Shown: piece after piece, positions 47,944 through 57,957 of the stretch
Numbering within the stretch: the first letter of the stretch is position 1
How the letters are laid out: each line of letters opens with the position of its first letter
Assembly: GCA_964550955.1 (NCBI GenBank)
Contig: CAZKAF010000001.1
Location: forward strand, 238,728 to 302,727
Direction: 5' to 3'
DNA: 64,000 nt
Source: an uncultured Candidatus Saccharibacteria bacterium
GTDB lineage: Bacteria; Patescibacteriota; Minisyncoccia; Phycocordibacterales; CAIZLB01
Notes under the pieces: generated by a model
Seen by the model: the letters and a program-made list of their open reading frames with translations, nothing else
Databases searched by the model: none
Told to the model about the DNA's origin: nothing
Position numbers and translations under genes: made by a program

Positions 47944-49509
47944 TTATTCGAGCGGCAGCGCCACGTTGAACGTCGCGCCCTTGCCTTCGCCCTCGGACTC
48001 CACCCAGATGCGCCCCTTGTGCTTCTCGATCGTGTCCTTGGCGATGTACAGGCCGATGCCCATGCCTTCCGTGTCCGCATGGCGCGCGTTCGGCGCCCTG
48101 AAGAATTTTGAAAACACATGCGTGATGTCGTCAGCGGAAATGCCGATGCCGGAATCCTTGAACGCGATGACCACTTCGGCAGCGGTTTTCTTCACGGAAA
48201 TGAGAATCGTGCCGCTTTCAGGCGTATAGATAAGCGCGTTCTCGAAGAGAATCTGCAGGGCAAACTGCAATCGGGCCTTGTCCGCCCGAACCGTCGTGAC
48301 CTGCTCGTCGATGCCGTACACGACTTTCAGCTTCTTGCTCACTATCTGATCCTTGTGAGCCTTGTCGATGGCGCGAATGAGCTCCTTGACGTCCACGTCT
48401 ATGAACCGGTACAGCGCGAGGTCGTTCGTGTTTTTCGAGGCGTCGATGACGGCGCTCGTCAATTCGAAGAGCCTCATACTCGCGAACTGGATCTGATCAA
48501 CCGCCCTGTTTCGCTCCTCGGCGGAATCAATGTCCCGAAGCTCTTCGGCGAGCCATCTGATATGCGTGAGCGGAGTCCTGAACTTGTGGCTGATATTGTT
48601 GATGAACTCGTATTTAAGGAGATCCGACTGGCGCAGCTGGTTCCAAACGATGAATCCGACAAACAATACCAGGAAGCCCGAGACGATGGGCAGGATCCAG
48701 ATGGGAAAATCCGGATACAATGTCTGCACGTACTGATTCGAGAAGCCCGCGGCCATCACCGATCCGCCCACGAAGACGATGAAGAATCCGTAAAACAAGG
48801 CGTTCTTCACCACGACGTTTATGTTCAGCAAATCATACTTGAAGACGCCGTACGCGAGCGGAATCGAATGCAATCCGATGAGAGGCGCCAGAAGTATGGC
48901 CTTGTCGCCGTACGGCATGTCCAATATCATCATGTAAATGGGAACGGACCATGCGTATGCCCAGCCGAACGCCAGGAAGAAATACTTCATGCGGTTCTGC
49001 TCGTTCAGGTCGACTTTCTTGTAGTGCCTGATGAGCACCGTAAAAAAATAGCCGATGACCATGAAGTAAAAGGCGCAATAAAACAGATAATACGGGCCAG
49101 GGATGAAGAAGTTCGGAAAATAGGATTTCGGCTCGGAAATGAGCCTTACGGCCGAAGGGTTTATTGCAAAAAAGGCATACATCGCCAGAAGGCTTCCGTA
49201 CATTATTCGTATGCCTCTCTTGTGGGCGCCCGCGATGTTGAACGTCTCGAAGGCCAGATGCGCGCTGAAGCATGTCGTGGAAGCCGCCACGATCATCAGG
49301 AACGCGAACACGCTCGACAATTCAGAATCGGGAATGTTCACCGCCAGAAGATACATCAGGCAGTAAAGCGAGAAAGTGAGGACCGCATAAAAATACAATC
49401 GGTGCGTCTTCCTCCTCCAGTCTTTCAGGAGAATGAAAAGTCCGAGAAAGAAGCTCAGGAGCCCGGTGCAGACATGACCGATATTATTTATAAGGAGTTC
49501 TATGGGCAC
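47944..49509 (-). CDS. sensor histidine kinase, 7-TM N-terminal domain (third paralog)
   Basis: Multi-TM N-terminus, H-box ISHKFRTPLTHI, G-box GMGIGLYIAKDTIEKHKGRIWVESEGEGKGATF. Confidence 0.85.
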   Translation of the reverse strand: MPIELLINNIGHVCTGLLSFFLGLFILLKDWRRKTHRLYFYAVLTFSLYCLMYLLAVNIPDSELSSVFAFLMIVAASTTCFSAHLAFETFNIAGAHKRGIRIMYGSLLAMYAFFAINPSAVRLISEPKSYFPNFFIPGPYYLFYCAFYFMVIGYFFTVLIRHYKKVDLNEQNRMKYFFLAFGWAYAWSVPIYMMILDMPYGDKAILLAPLIGLHSIPLAYGVFKYDLLNINVVVKNALFYGFFIVFVGGSVMAAGFSNQYVQTLYPDFPIWILPIVSGFLVLFVGFIVWNQLRQSDLLKYEFINNISHKFRTPLTHIRWLAEELRDIDSAEERNRAVDQIQFASMRLFELTSAVIDASKNTNDLALYRFIDVDVKELIRAIDKAHKDQIVSKKLKVVYGIDEQVTTVRADKARLQFALQILFENALIYTPESGTILISVKKTAAEVVIAFKDSGIGISADDITHVFSKFFRAPNARHADTEGMGIGLYIAKDTIEKHKGRIWVESEGEGKGATFNVALPLE

Positions 49510-49622
49510 GTACTAAGTATAACCAAATGCATGAAATATGCCTTGTTTTCTTATCCACATGAATTTTCCGGACTTAAGCCAATTTTCGCCGAGGAGCGAA
49601 ACAGGGCGCGGGCGAATGAAAG

Positions 49623-50804
49623 CTAGATGGCCCCTTTCGAATACACCCTCAGCTTGGCCTTGGCCGCAAGCTTCTTCGCTTTCTCCGCGTATCGCCACGA
49701 AGCGAGGATTTCCTCGTATTCTGCAAATACGCTCCTGTCGCCCAGCATGGCTCGCTCGAAAACCGTCACGTATGCGTCCTTGGATCCGTATCCGTTCACG
49801 GGAATGGTCACCGAATTCTTGTCATTCATCGAAATCACGACGGAGCTGTCATCAGCCGACGTGGCTTTCCCGGCCTCAAGATCGACTTCAACGTCCTCGA
49901 ATGTGTTCTTCGCATAAAAATATGTCTCGGTCTGGGATTCGGGATTGACGCCCGGCTCGTTCCTGAATCCCCTGTATTGGCCGATCGAGACGGAGCGAGG
50001 CCTTAACTTGGAAATGATGTCGGACCTTTTCAGCTTGTTCTTTTCAGATTTTTTTGGATTGAATTTCATTGCAAGCAGAATACTGGTCAGCATTCGGAGA
50101 ACGTGATTCTGCCCGACATCCTTCAGCGTCCCGATGCTGTCGTACAGGACTCCCCGCCCGCCCGCATCTTTCTTCTCCTTCAAAGTAACCTTGATTTTCT
50201 TGACCAGGTCCGTCTTGTACAAATCCTGAAAGAAGCCCGTCTTGGCAAACGTCTCGAGCTCCATGACCGACTGCTTCGCCCCGTAGTGGTCTACGAGATA
50301 CAGGCTGTCAGTGCCGACCAGGCTTGAAATCTTTTTCCAAAGATCCTTCGCGCTCTTCTCGTCGACGCCGAAAGGCTTCTCCAGAACGATTTTCGGAACA
50401 CCCTTAGTCGCAGCGCCTTTTGACGCCGGCTTCGGATTTTTGCCCAAGAGACCGACAGAAGCGAGGCCTGAAATCACGTCCATGTGAAACTGAGGAGGGA
50501 GCGAGACGTACAGAAGAATGTCGCCGCCTTTGCCGGCGCGGCCTGCAAGTTCCCTGTACCCTTTCCTGTCATCGAGTTCAGAGCGAACATAGCTCCATCT
50601 TTCCGCGAAGCCCTTCTTTAAGCCGGCATCGAGCGCGGCAGCATGCTCTGCGATAAAATTATGAAAATCCTTGGCCGAAAAATCTTTCCTGCCAAATCCT
50701 ACGTATTTAAAATCCTGACCGCCCTTATATATCTCGGCGAGGGCCGGAATCAGCTTTTTCTTTGCCAAATCGCCCGTTATGCCGAAAAGTATGATCGTGG
50801 TCAT
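49623..50804 (-). CDS. glucose-6-phosphate dehydrogenase-like protein (short, divergent)
   Basis: N-terminus ILFGITGDLAKKKLIPAL (G6PD dinucleotide-binding motif), EKPFGVDEKSAKDL, and LVDHYGAK (variant of RIDHYLGK). Only 393 aa. Confidence 0.6.
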   Translation of the reverse strand: MTTIILFGITGDLAKKKLIPALAEIYKGGQDFKYVGFGRKDFSAKDFHNFIAEHAAALDAGLKKGFAERWSYVRSELDDRKGYRELAGRAGKGGDILLYVSLPPQFHMDVISGLASVGLLGKNPKPASKGAATKGVPKIVLEKPFGVDEKSAKDLWKKISSLVGTDSLYLVDHYGAKQSVMELETFAKTGFFQDLYKTDLVKKIKVTLKEKKDAGGRGVLYDSIGTLKDVGQNHVLRMLTSILLAMKFNPKKSEKNKLKRSDIISKLRPRSVSIGQYRGFRNEPGVNPESQTETYFYAKNTFEDVEVDLEAGKATSADDSSVVISMNDKNSVTIPVNGYGSKDAYVTVFERAMLGDRSVFAEYEEILASWRYAEKAKKLAAKAKLRVYSKGAI

Positions 50805-50807
50805 ATG

Positions 50808-52064
50808 CTAGTTTGAATTCCCTTGCGTCTGCACGGCAGCGCTAGTGCTTGCAGTCGAGGTGGCCTGAGTAGACGTGGCGCTTGTCGTGCTCGCATTCGT
50901 TGATGAAGCGGAGAGGCTGGCAGCCGTCACGCTCATGATGAGCTCGGATGACGATGTCGAAAGCGGAGTCAGGCTCAAGGTCGCCGCGGACATGGCAGAC
51001 ACTGCGGAATCCCGAACAGTGCCGTCAGTCGTGAGGACAGCGGAGAGAAGAACCTCGGCATCGGTGGCGTATTGGAATGCAGATTGCGCAAGGGCAAGCG
51101 CCTCGAGATAGAGCTGTTTGGCGATTTTCTCATTTGCAAAACCGACAAGCCTTGTCGCCTCGGCCACATACAGCCTCGTAGTCGACGCGGTGCTCGTGCC
51201 GACCGAAGTGCTCGCAACCAGCGTCTTGATTTCAAGAAGCTTCTTGTTCACTTCGCCGAGCCGAACTTCTATTTTCGCCTTGTTGTCGGTATTGGCAGCA
51301 AGAACTATTTCCCTGGCCTGAATGTCGTTTCGGGAAGCCGTCGTGGTGGCGATTTCAGTTTTAAGGGCAAAAATAAGATTATCTATCTGGGCAATGTTTG
51401 CCGAGCTGACCTGAGCCCGCTCGTCGGATATTCTTTCGAGAATCAATTCATGCGCCCTGAGCGACGACTCGAAATTGACCGCAATTTCCTGCGCGGCGCG
51501 CAGATTGTTAGTGGAAACGAGAGAGGCTACCTGGAATTTGACCTGGTTAGCCTGCCTGTTCAGCTGCTTCTTGATGATTTCTCCAGTTTGAGTGTTCAAT
51601 TTTCCGCTTTGCGACAGGATAGCGGCCTCCTTAAGTCGCTTGTCAGTCACTTCAAGCGCGAACTTGGCTTTCGCTTCGGGAGTTACGGCAACGAATGACT
51701 TTACGGATTCATTGACATTCACCTTAAGCGAGTACAGCGCGTCGCCGGGAAGGGATCCTTCGGCAGCAAGAGAGACGCCTCCGGTACAAACGAGCACGAA
51801 AAGAAGCGCTACGGAAGGAACGAATTTCCTTTGAGAAACATACTGATACCAGGTAGTATAAAAATTGGTCTTGACCTTCTGTCCGAACGCCTCGACCGGC
51901 GAAGCGACGAACGGAACCTGATCAACTTTAGATTCGAATACGAAATTTGATTCCATTTTCTCGACGACGTCGAAAACTCGATGGAGCACATCGTTCTTTT
52001 CTTCGCGAGTCATTTTTACTGACTGCAAGTCCTCTATTAAGCTTTGGAATTTTTTATCGATCAT
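50808..52064 (-). CDS. putative anti-sigma factor / DUF5667-like bitopic protein cotranscribed with ECF sigma
   Basis: Single TM (LLFVLVCTGGVSLAA), a long helical extracytoplasmic region and a Ser/Thr/Ala-rich tail. Overlaps the sigma gene by 11 nt. Confidence 0.5.
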   Translation of the reverse strand: MIDKKFQSLIEDLQSVKMTREEKNDVLHRVFDVVEKMESNFVFESKVDQVPFVASPVEAFGQKVKTNFYTTWYQYVSQRKFVPSVALLFVLVCTGGVSLAAEGSLPGDALYSLKVNVNESVKSFVAVTPEAKAKFALEVTDKRLKEAAILSQSGKLNTQTGEIIKKQLNRQANQVKFQVASLVSTNNLRAAQEIAVNFESSLRAHELILERISDERAQVSSANIAQIDNLIFALKTEIATTTASRNDIQAREIVLAANTDNKAKIEVRLGEVNKKLLEIKTLVASTSVGTSTASTTRLYVAEATRLVGFANEKIAKQLYLEALALAQSAFQYATDAEVLLSAVLTTDGTVRDSAVSAMSAATLSLTPLSTSSSELIMSVTAASLSASSTNASTTSATSTQATSTASTSAAVQTQGNSN

Positions 52065-52581
52065 TGTTGTTTTCGAAAAGCTCCTGCAAATCCTTGTGCG
52101 CCCGATGAAGCTTTACCGAGACGGTGTTTTCGCGCTCTTCGAGTATTTCCGCAATTTCCTTGACCGAGAGGCCGTCGACGTATTTCATCAGGACGATGTC
52201 CCTGATGGGCGCGTCCAGCTTCTGGACCAGCGCCAAGGCCGTCTGGCTGTCCACGCTTCGCACGAGCCTGTGCTGCGTGTCGTGATCAGCCGGATCGAAC
52301 CCTTCTTCAGCCAGCGAATCGAGCGAAATGTCCTTTTTCTTCCGATAGTGGTCAATTATGGCGTTCGTGGTGATTCTGAAAAGAAACGCCTTGACATTAT
52401 CGACTTTGCCGTCAGTCGCCACGTATTCCCAATACCTAACGAAGGTATCCTGAACGACGTCCTTGGCTTTTTCCCTGTCGGAGAGCTTGTAGAACGAATA
52501 CCTGAACAAGGCGTCGGCATGCTCCTGATAAGCCATATGGAAGTCTTTTTTGAGACTTTCGTACTGTTTTCTGTTCGGCAT
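52054..52581 (-). CDS. RNA polymerase sigma factor, ECF (sigma-24) subfamily
   Basis: Region 2 (DVVQDTFVRYW) and region 4 (LSVKEIAEILEERENTVSVKLHRAHKDL). Confidence 0.85.
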   Translation of the reverse strand: MPNRKQYESLKKDFHMAYQEHADALFRYSFYKLSDREKAKDVVQDTFVRYWEYVATDGKVDNVKAFLFRITTNAIIDHYRKKKDISLDSLAEEGFDPADHDTQHRLVRSVDSQTALALVQKLDAPIRDIVLMKYVDGLSVKEIAEILEERENTVSVKLHRAHKDLQELFENNNDR

Positions 52582-52636
52582 AGTTAATGACGGTAAAAAC
52601 TCGCGTTTATTACATCATGTCATATAATAGTATCAT

Positions 52637-53503
52637 ATGAAGAAACAAAGAGTAACATATCGGCGAAGGAAAAACGCGAAGTTTAGACTCTATATTCTCT
52701 CAGCCATCCTTATTTTTTCGGTCTTTTTCGGAATATCGAGCATTTACATTTCAAAAACGATGGACATGACCCCCCTTGCATTTTACGCGAACTTGGCTAA
52801 CCCCAACATGCGATATGTCACGATTCCGGCCGGATTGAGGAAAGAGCAGATAGCCGAGCGATTCGCCAAGGCGCTTTCGTGGAACAAGGAGGAAGTCCGG
52901 AATTTCATAAAAACCGGCCCCTTGAACGAAGACGGAACGATTCTCGACGGGTATTTCATGCCCGGGTCATATTGGGTACAGCTGACGGACGGAGGCGACG
53001 ACGTGGCCATCATGATGATGAAAAACTTCAACAAGGTGGTCGGCGACCGGATACTGGGCCCGCAGCTGCTGTCAAAGTCCCCGACTGGCGCCAAAATCAA
53101 CCTCGACACGGCCGTTCGCATCGCCTCGCTCCTCCAGAAGGAAGCGGCAGGCGGCAAGGACGCCCGAATCATCTCGGGAATCATCTGGAACAGGATGTTC
53201 AGCGGAATGACGCTCGACATCGACGCCACGCTTCAGTACGCCAAGGGAACTGAGGAAAATTGGTGGCCGAGGCCCCGAAGCGAGGACAAGTACATCGACT
53301 CCCCTTTCAACACGTACAGAAACAAGGGGCTTCCTCCGACAGCCATCGCCAATCCTGACTGGAAAATGATCGAGGCCGCCTTGAATCCAACAAAGACAGA
53401 CTGCATTTTCTATATCCATGACAACAACCGAGGCTTCCACTGCACAAAGACATACGAGGCGCATAAGCAGAATGTGCAGAGATATCTCATAGGACAGATA
53501 TAA
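52637..53503 (+). CDS. YceG/MltG-like endolytic transglycosylase paralog
   Basis: N-terminal TM plus ...FNTYRNKGLPPTAIANPD..., parallel to mltG at 36855-37838. Confidence 0.75.
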   Translation: MKKQRVTYRRRKNAKFRLYILSAILIFSVFFGISSIYISKTMDMTPLAFYANLANPNMRYVTIPAGLRKEQIAERFAKALSWNKEEVRNFIKTGPLNEDGTILDGYFMPGSYWVQLTDGGDDVAIMMMKNFNKVVGDRILGPQLLSKSPTGAKINLDTAVRIASLLQKEAAGGKDARIISGIIWNRMFSGMTLDIDATLQYAKGTEENWWPRPRSEDKYIDSPFNTYRNKGLPPTAIANPDWKMIEAALNPTKTDCIFYIHDNNRGFHCTKTYEAHKQNVQRYLIGQI

Positions 53504-53744
53504 ACCTATAAACCATAGGCTCCGCCACGAGGCTTCCCGCCCAATCAAGTGCCTTTGTTGCATGGAATGCATTAAGCCCCTGTTCTGGAAAATAAAAATA
53601 TCAAAAGCGATATAGCAAAAATGCTATATCAATCTCGAAGAAATTAAAAAAACTCCCGTATGCGCAAAGCGCTGGGAGTTTTTTCCATATTTTTTCCAGA
53701 AAAACCCGACGCAAGACAATCACAAGACGGTCGAACCTCGCCCC

Positions 53745-54734
53745 TTACTTGTCAGTATTATGAGCCTTCGTGTCCACTTCGTACGCCGTGTTCTGCGCTT
53801 CGAAGAAGTTTACGAGCTCGTATACGTCAGTCGCGGTTGCCATCCATTTTGCAGGGTTGGCTACGCCAAAATGTTTCTCCAAGCCAAGCTCTTCAAGTCG
53901 TCGGTCAGCCACGTACTGCACGTACTGGTTCACATAGTCGGCGTTGAGGCCGAGGATGCCGTTCGGGAACAGCTCCTTATTGTACGCGATTTCGCAGTTC
54001 ACGCCTTCGATGACAATGTCTCGGATTTCGTCAGCGAATTCAGGCGTAAGAAGTTCAGGGCTCTCTTCGAGGATGGTATGAATAAGGTTCATGCCGAACT
54101 TGAGGTGCAGACTTTCGTCTCGAAGCACCCAGTTGATCATGGAGGCGAAGTTTCGAAGCTGGTTTCGCTGCCTGAACGACATGACCACCATGAATCCGCT
54201 GTAGAACCAGATGCCTTCCATCACCAAGTTTGTCGCGACAAGGTTTCTTACGAAATCCTTCTTTCCCTCCGTCGTTTCGATGTCGAGATGAACTTCCGTC
54301 ATCCTCTTGAGGTATTTCTCGATGAATGCCTCCTTCGCGATCATCGAAGCGGTCTGAAGGTGATTGTTGTAAACCTTCTCTTTATTGAACGGGAATGTCT
54401 CAAGAACGTATTCGAAGGAAACGCAATGGTTCGCCTCTTCCCACATCCATTTGGCCAGGAACAGGTGCGCTTCCGGAGACTTGAGATACGGATAGATGCC
54501 GAGCGCGATGGAACGGTTCACGATCAGCTCGGCCGGATTGAAGAAAGACATCACGAACTCTACCGCATGGCGCTCATCTTCCGTCATCTTGGCGAAGTCC
54601 TGAAGGTCTTCCTTGAGCGCGATTTCGTGCGGAAACCACGTATTTCGCACTGCCTGATTATACAGCTCATATGCCCACTTATATTTAATCGGATGAAGCG
54701 TCGTATCTGTTGGTGATGGTTTTCCTACAATCAT
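53745..54734 (-). CDS. nrdB: ribonucleotide reductase small subunit (R2), class Ic-like metal site
   Basis: Ferritin-like ligand motifs: PAE...(31 aa)...EANH, then MEG and DESLH. First ligand is Glu and the H+4 position is Phe (HCVSF) rather than Tyr. Confidence 0.88.
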   Translation of the reverse strand: MIVGKPSPTDTTLHPIKYKWAYELYNQAVRNTWFPHEIALKEDLQDFAKMTEDERHAVEFVMSFFNPAELIVNRSIALGIYPYLKSPEAHLFLAKWMWEEANHCVSFEYVLETFPFNKEKVYNNHLQTASMIAKEAFIEKYLKRMTEVHLDIETTEGKKDFVRNLVATNLVMEGIWFYSGFMVVMSFRQRNQLRNFASMINWVLRDESLHLKFGMNLIHTILEESPELLTPEFADEIRDIVIEGVNCEIAYNKELFPNGILGLNADYVNQYVQYVADRRLEELGLEKHFGVANPAKWMATATDVYELVNFFEAQNTAYEVDTKAHNTDK

Positions 54735-54831
54735 GTTTTTGCTTGCTATAAAATTTATAATTTGTTGAGGGACTCTTCAGCTCCTTCAGGCCATTATACC
54801 TGAACGGTTGCCGAAAGTCCGAATCTTGCTG

Positions 54832-57534
54832 CTACTGGCAGCCGTCGCATACCGTCGCGTCAGCAGGGTCTACGCCAAAGTCCCGAGGATCAATGACGTT
54901 TGGCCGCTTGATCTGTTCAGCCTGAAAATTCTGGGGAACGTTAGGGTGATTTGCCGGCGGATTAATCTTCGCCTCAAGGTCAACCGTGATGGCGGAAGTG
55001 CTCGGATCAACGTGAGCTGAGGCCTGAACGCTTGCAGTAGCAGTTTCAGTTGCAGATTCTTGCGCTACGGCCATGGTCACCGGCTGCTCGACTGAAGCGA
55101 AGACAGGAGCTGCCATCCGCATCGCGCCGAAGCCTTTCTTGCCCATCTGCTGGCCCTTGTTAATGCTGACGGTGCTCTGCTCAGCGTTATGCTGCGGCTT
55201 CATGTGGAGGTAATACGTGGACTTCAGGCCCTTCTTCCATGCAGTGCTGTAAATATGGATAAGCTGGTTGATATCCCGAGTCTCAAGATACATGTTTCGG
55301 GAAAGTGCCTGATCAACCCATTTCTGCGCCCGCGCAGCAACTTCTATGACAGCGTACGGAGATACCGAGAACGATGTCTGATACACCTTCTTGATGCTGT
55401 CCGGAATCTCCTCAATGGACTCGATGTCGCCTCGGTTCTCGATGATTCGCCCTCGAACTTTCTCCCAGATGCCGAGCGCCTCCAAGTCCTTTACGAGGTT
55501 ATGGTTGATGTCCAAGTACTTGCCGGAGAACTTGTTTCGGGAGAACGCCTGAGCGAATCGGACGTCGATGCCGGGAACAGTTCCTGCGAGAAGCCCGATA
55601 TTTGCGTTAGGAGCGACAGCCATAAGCGTGGCATTTCGAATTCCCTTCTTGACCTTCGCTCGGAGCTTGTCCCAATCGAGGTCCGTACCGAATCTTTCCT
55701 TCGTCACGAGAAGCTGCTCGCCTCGGTCCTCCTCAAGCTTCGCGATGGTGTCGATAGGCACGAATCCTTTGGACCACATGGAGCCTTCGAAGTTGTCGTA
55801 TGAGCCTCGCTCAACTGCCAAATCGGCGCTTTCGTCGATAGCCATATAGCTGACGAACTCGAACATCTTATCTACCAAGTTGAATGCCTCCTCGCTGTCA
55901 TATGCATAGCCAAGCTTTTCGAACAGGTCCGAAAAGCCCATCACGCCAAGACCGACTGCCCGGTTTTCCTTGTCTGACTTCGCAGCCTCCTTCACGGGCG
56001 GCATGTTGATGTCAATGAGGTTATCGAGATGTCGAATGGCGAGTCGAGTCGATTTTTCAAGCTCTTTCCAATCGATTTCCTTGTATGCCGTAACTTTGCC
56101 GCCGAGGTCGGTCGAGGTCTTCTCAACAAGATGGGCCACGATGTTCAGCGAAGCGAGGTTGCAGACGGCGATATTGTCCTTGTCCTGCGGAAGGCAGATT
56201 TCCGTGCAAAGATTCGACATGTGGATGGTGCCCGTATTGTTATTGAGCGCCCGAACGTTAATGGTGTCCTTCCATGTCAGCCAAGGATGCGAAGTTGTCT
56301 GCAAGGACACGAGCATCTGCCGGTAAAGCTCTTCGGCCGGCATCTTTTTCCACATTCTCATTTTTCCGGCTTCCGCCATCTCAACGTATTCGGCGTATCG
56401 CTTGCTGAACTCTTGTCCGTACAGCTCGTTTAGGTCCGGAGTTTCCTTAGGGTCGAAGAAATACCACTGCTCGCTCTGAGAAACTCGCTTCATGAATTCG
56501 TCCGGGATGTACGCAGCGGTGTTCGCCGTTCTCATTCGAACGTAGTCGTCGCCGGCATTATGCCTCCAATGAATATAGTCGGGGAAATCGTAATGCCAGT
56601 TTTCCATGTAGAAGCAGAGGGCGCCTTTCTTCTTGCCACCTCGTACAATGGCGTGTATGGCGGTATCCATGATTTTAGCGAACGGAGTCGGGCCGCTCGA
56701 CGTAGTGTTGCTAGAATGCAAAATAGAGCCTGTAGCGCGAAGTTTAGTCAGCGATACGCCAAGACCGCCCGTCCCTTTGGAGATAAGCATGACGTCGGAC
56801 ACGGACTTGGCGATATGGTCCATGCTGTCGTGCACTTCGAGCAGGTAGCAGTTCGAAAGCGCCGGCCGAAGAGTTCCCGCGGTAAGGTTTGTCGAGCCGC
56901 CGGCGATGTACTTGAGCTGCGACATCTGGGTATAGAACTCGATGGCTTGAGCCGTCGGATCCTTCTCATGATATGACATGCCCATGGCCACTCGCATGAA
57001 GAAGTACTGGGGAGCCTCGATAGGCTTCTGAGACGTGTCCTTGATTGAATATCGATGAAGGAACGTCGAGAGGCCGGAGTACATGAACAGCTCGTCGCGC
57101 TCGATGATGAGAGCCTTGGAAAGCTTGACCAGGTCGAACTTGTCCTTCATGTCAGGATGGAGGAGCTTCTTCTCAACCGCGCCTTCGATATACGTGATGA
57201 AGGACTTGTGATGCTTTGCCGCGAGGTCCTTGCCTATTTCCTTGTCGTATTCGCCGATAACGCGCCGGTACACCGTCTTCAGCAGGAGCCGGGTGGCAAT
57301 CTTGTCATACATGATGTCGTCCTGAACGTTCTGGAGCGCCGCGTTGATGGTCGCCTGGTCGAGTTCCTCCGTCGTGATTCCATCGTACAGCGTCAATTGA
57401 GTTTCGCTGGCAATCTGCATTACATAGCTCGCGGAATTATCTAAATCGTGACAAGCTCGGGCAATGGACTGGTTGATTTTGTCGGCATTGAATAATTCCT
57501 TTGTTCCGTCTTGCTTTGTAACTGTAATGTTCAT
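54832..57534 (-). CDS. nrdA: ribonucleotide reductase large subunit (class I R1) with N-terminal ATP-cone
   Basis: ATP-cone VTKQDGTKELFNADKINQSI, a 10-stranded barrel region, and a C-terminal tail ending CDGCQ. Confidence 0.92.
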   Translation of the reverse strand: MNITVTKQDGTKELFNADKINQSIARACHDLDNSASYVMQIASETQLTLYDGITTEELDQATINAALQNVQDDIMYDKIATRLLLKTVYRRVIGEYDKEIGKDLAAKHHKSFITYIEGAVEKKLLHPDMKDKFDLVKLSKALIIERDELFMYSGLSTFLHRYSIKDTSQKPIEAPQYFFMRVAMGMSYHEKDPTAQAIEFYTQMSQLKYIAGGSTNLTAGTLRPALSNCYLLEVHDSMDHIAKSVSDVMLISKGTGGLGVSLTKLRATGSILHSSNTTSSGPTPFAKIMDTAIHAIVRGGKKKGALCFYMENWHYDFPDYIHWRHNAGDDYVRMRTANTAAYIPDEFMKRVSQSEQWYFFDPKETPDLNELYGQEFSKRYAEYVEMAEAGKMRMWKKMPAEELYRQMLVSLQTTSHPWLTWKDTINVRALNNNTGTIHMSNLCTEICLPQDKDNIAVCNLASLNIVAHLVEKTSTDLGGKVTAYKEIDWKELEKSTRLAIRHLDNLIDINMPPVKEAAKSDKENRAVGLGVMGFSDLFEKLGYAYDSEEAFNLVDKMFEFVSYMAIDESADLAVERGSYDNFEGSMWSKGFVPIDTIAKLEEDRGEQLLVTKERFGTDLDWDKLRAKVKKGIRNATLMAVAPNANIGLLAGTVPGIDVRFAQAFSRNKFSGKYLDINHNLVKDLEALGIWEKVRGRIIENRGDIESIEEIPDSIKKVYQTSFSVSPYAVIEVAARAQKWVDQALSRNMYLETRDINQLIHIYSTAWKKGLKSTYYLHMKPQHNAEQSTVSINKGQQMGKKGFGAMRMAAPVFASVEQPVTMAVAQESATETATASVQASAHVDPSTSAITVDLEAKINPPANHPNVPQNFQAEQIKRPNVIDPRDFGVDPADATVCDGCQ

Positions 57535-57957
57535 AACGCAGATCTAATATTATGTATTTTTTAATGGAAACTCGATTAGCCGCCAGACAGACCGCTCCCA
57601 TCAAGGGAGACAGGTCGCATGGAGTGATTAATCTTGTACGAGAAATTTTACACCCGCGGCGTCATTCTGTGATGTGGATAAGTAGCAAAAAGTGAACTTG
57701 AGCACACCTCAAAAAATGCGCAATAGGTTTGGACCTTTTAAACTTATTTTTAAAATATTTTTATGAAATTTTAACGAATTAGAGCGGTTTTACAGTCTGT
57801 CAGCGGATCTTTGAATCTGCAGAAAATTTTTGCTTGAATCGAGTTGCGGAAAATAAAAAAACGCCGGCATCGCGTGTGGATGCCGGCGGAATGAGACGCT
57901 CTCACTCAAGCGTAATTGATTTGACAAACGTAAGCGCGCCAAGAAGCAAGAAAACCG

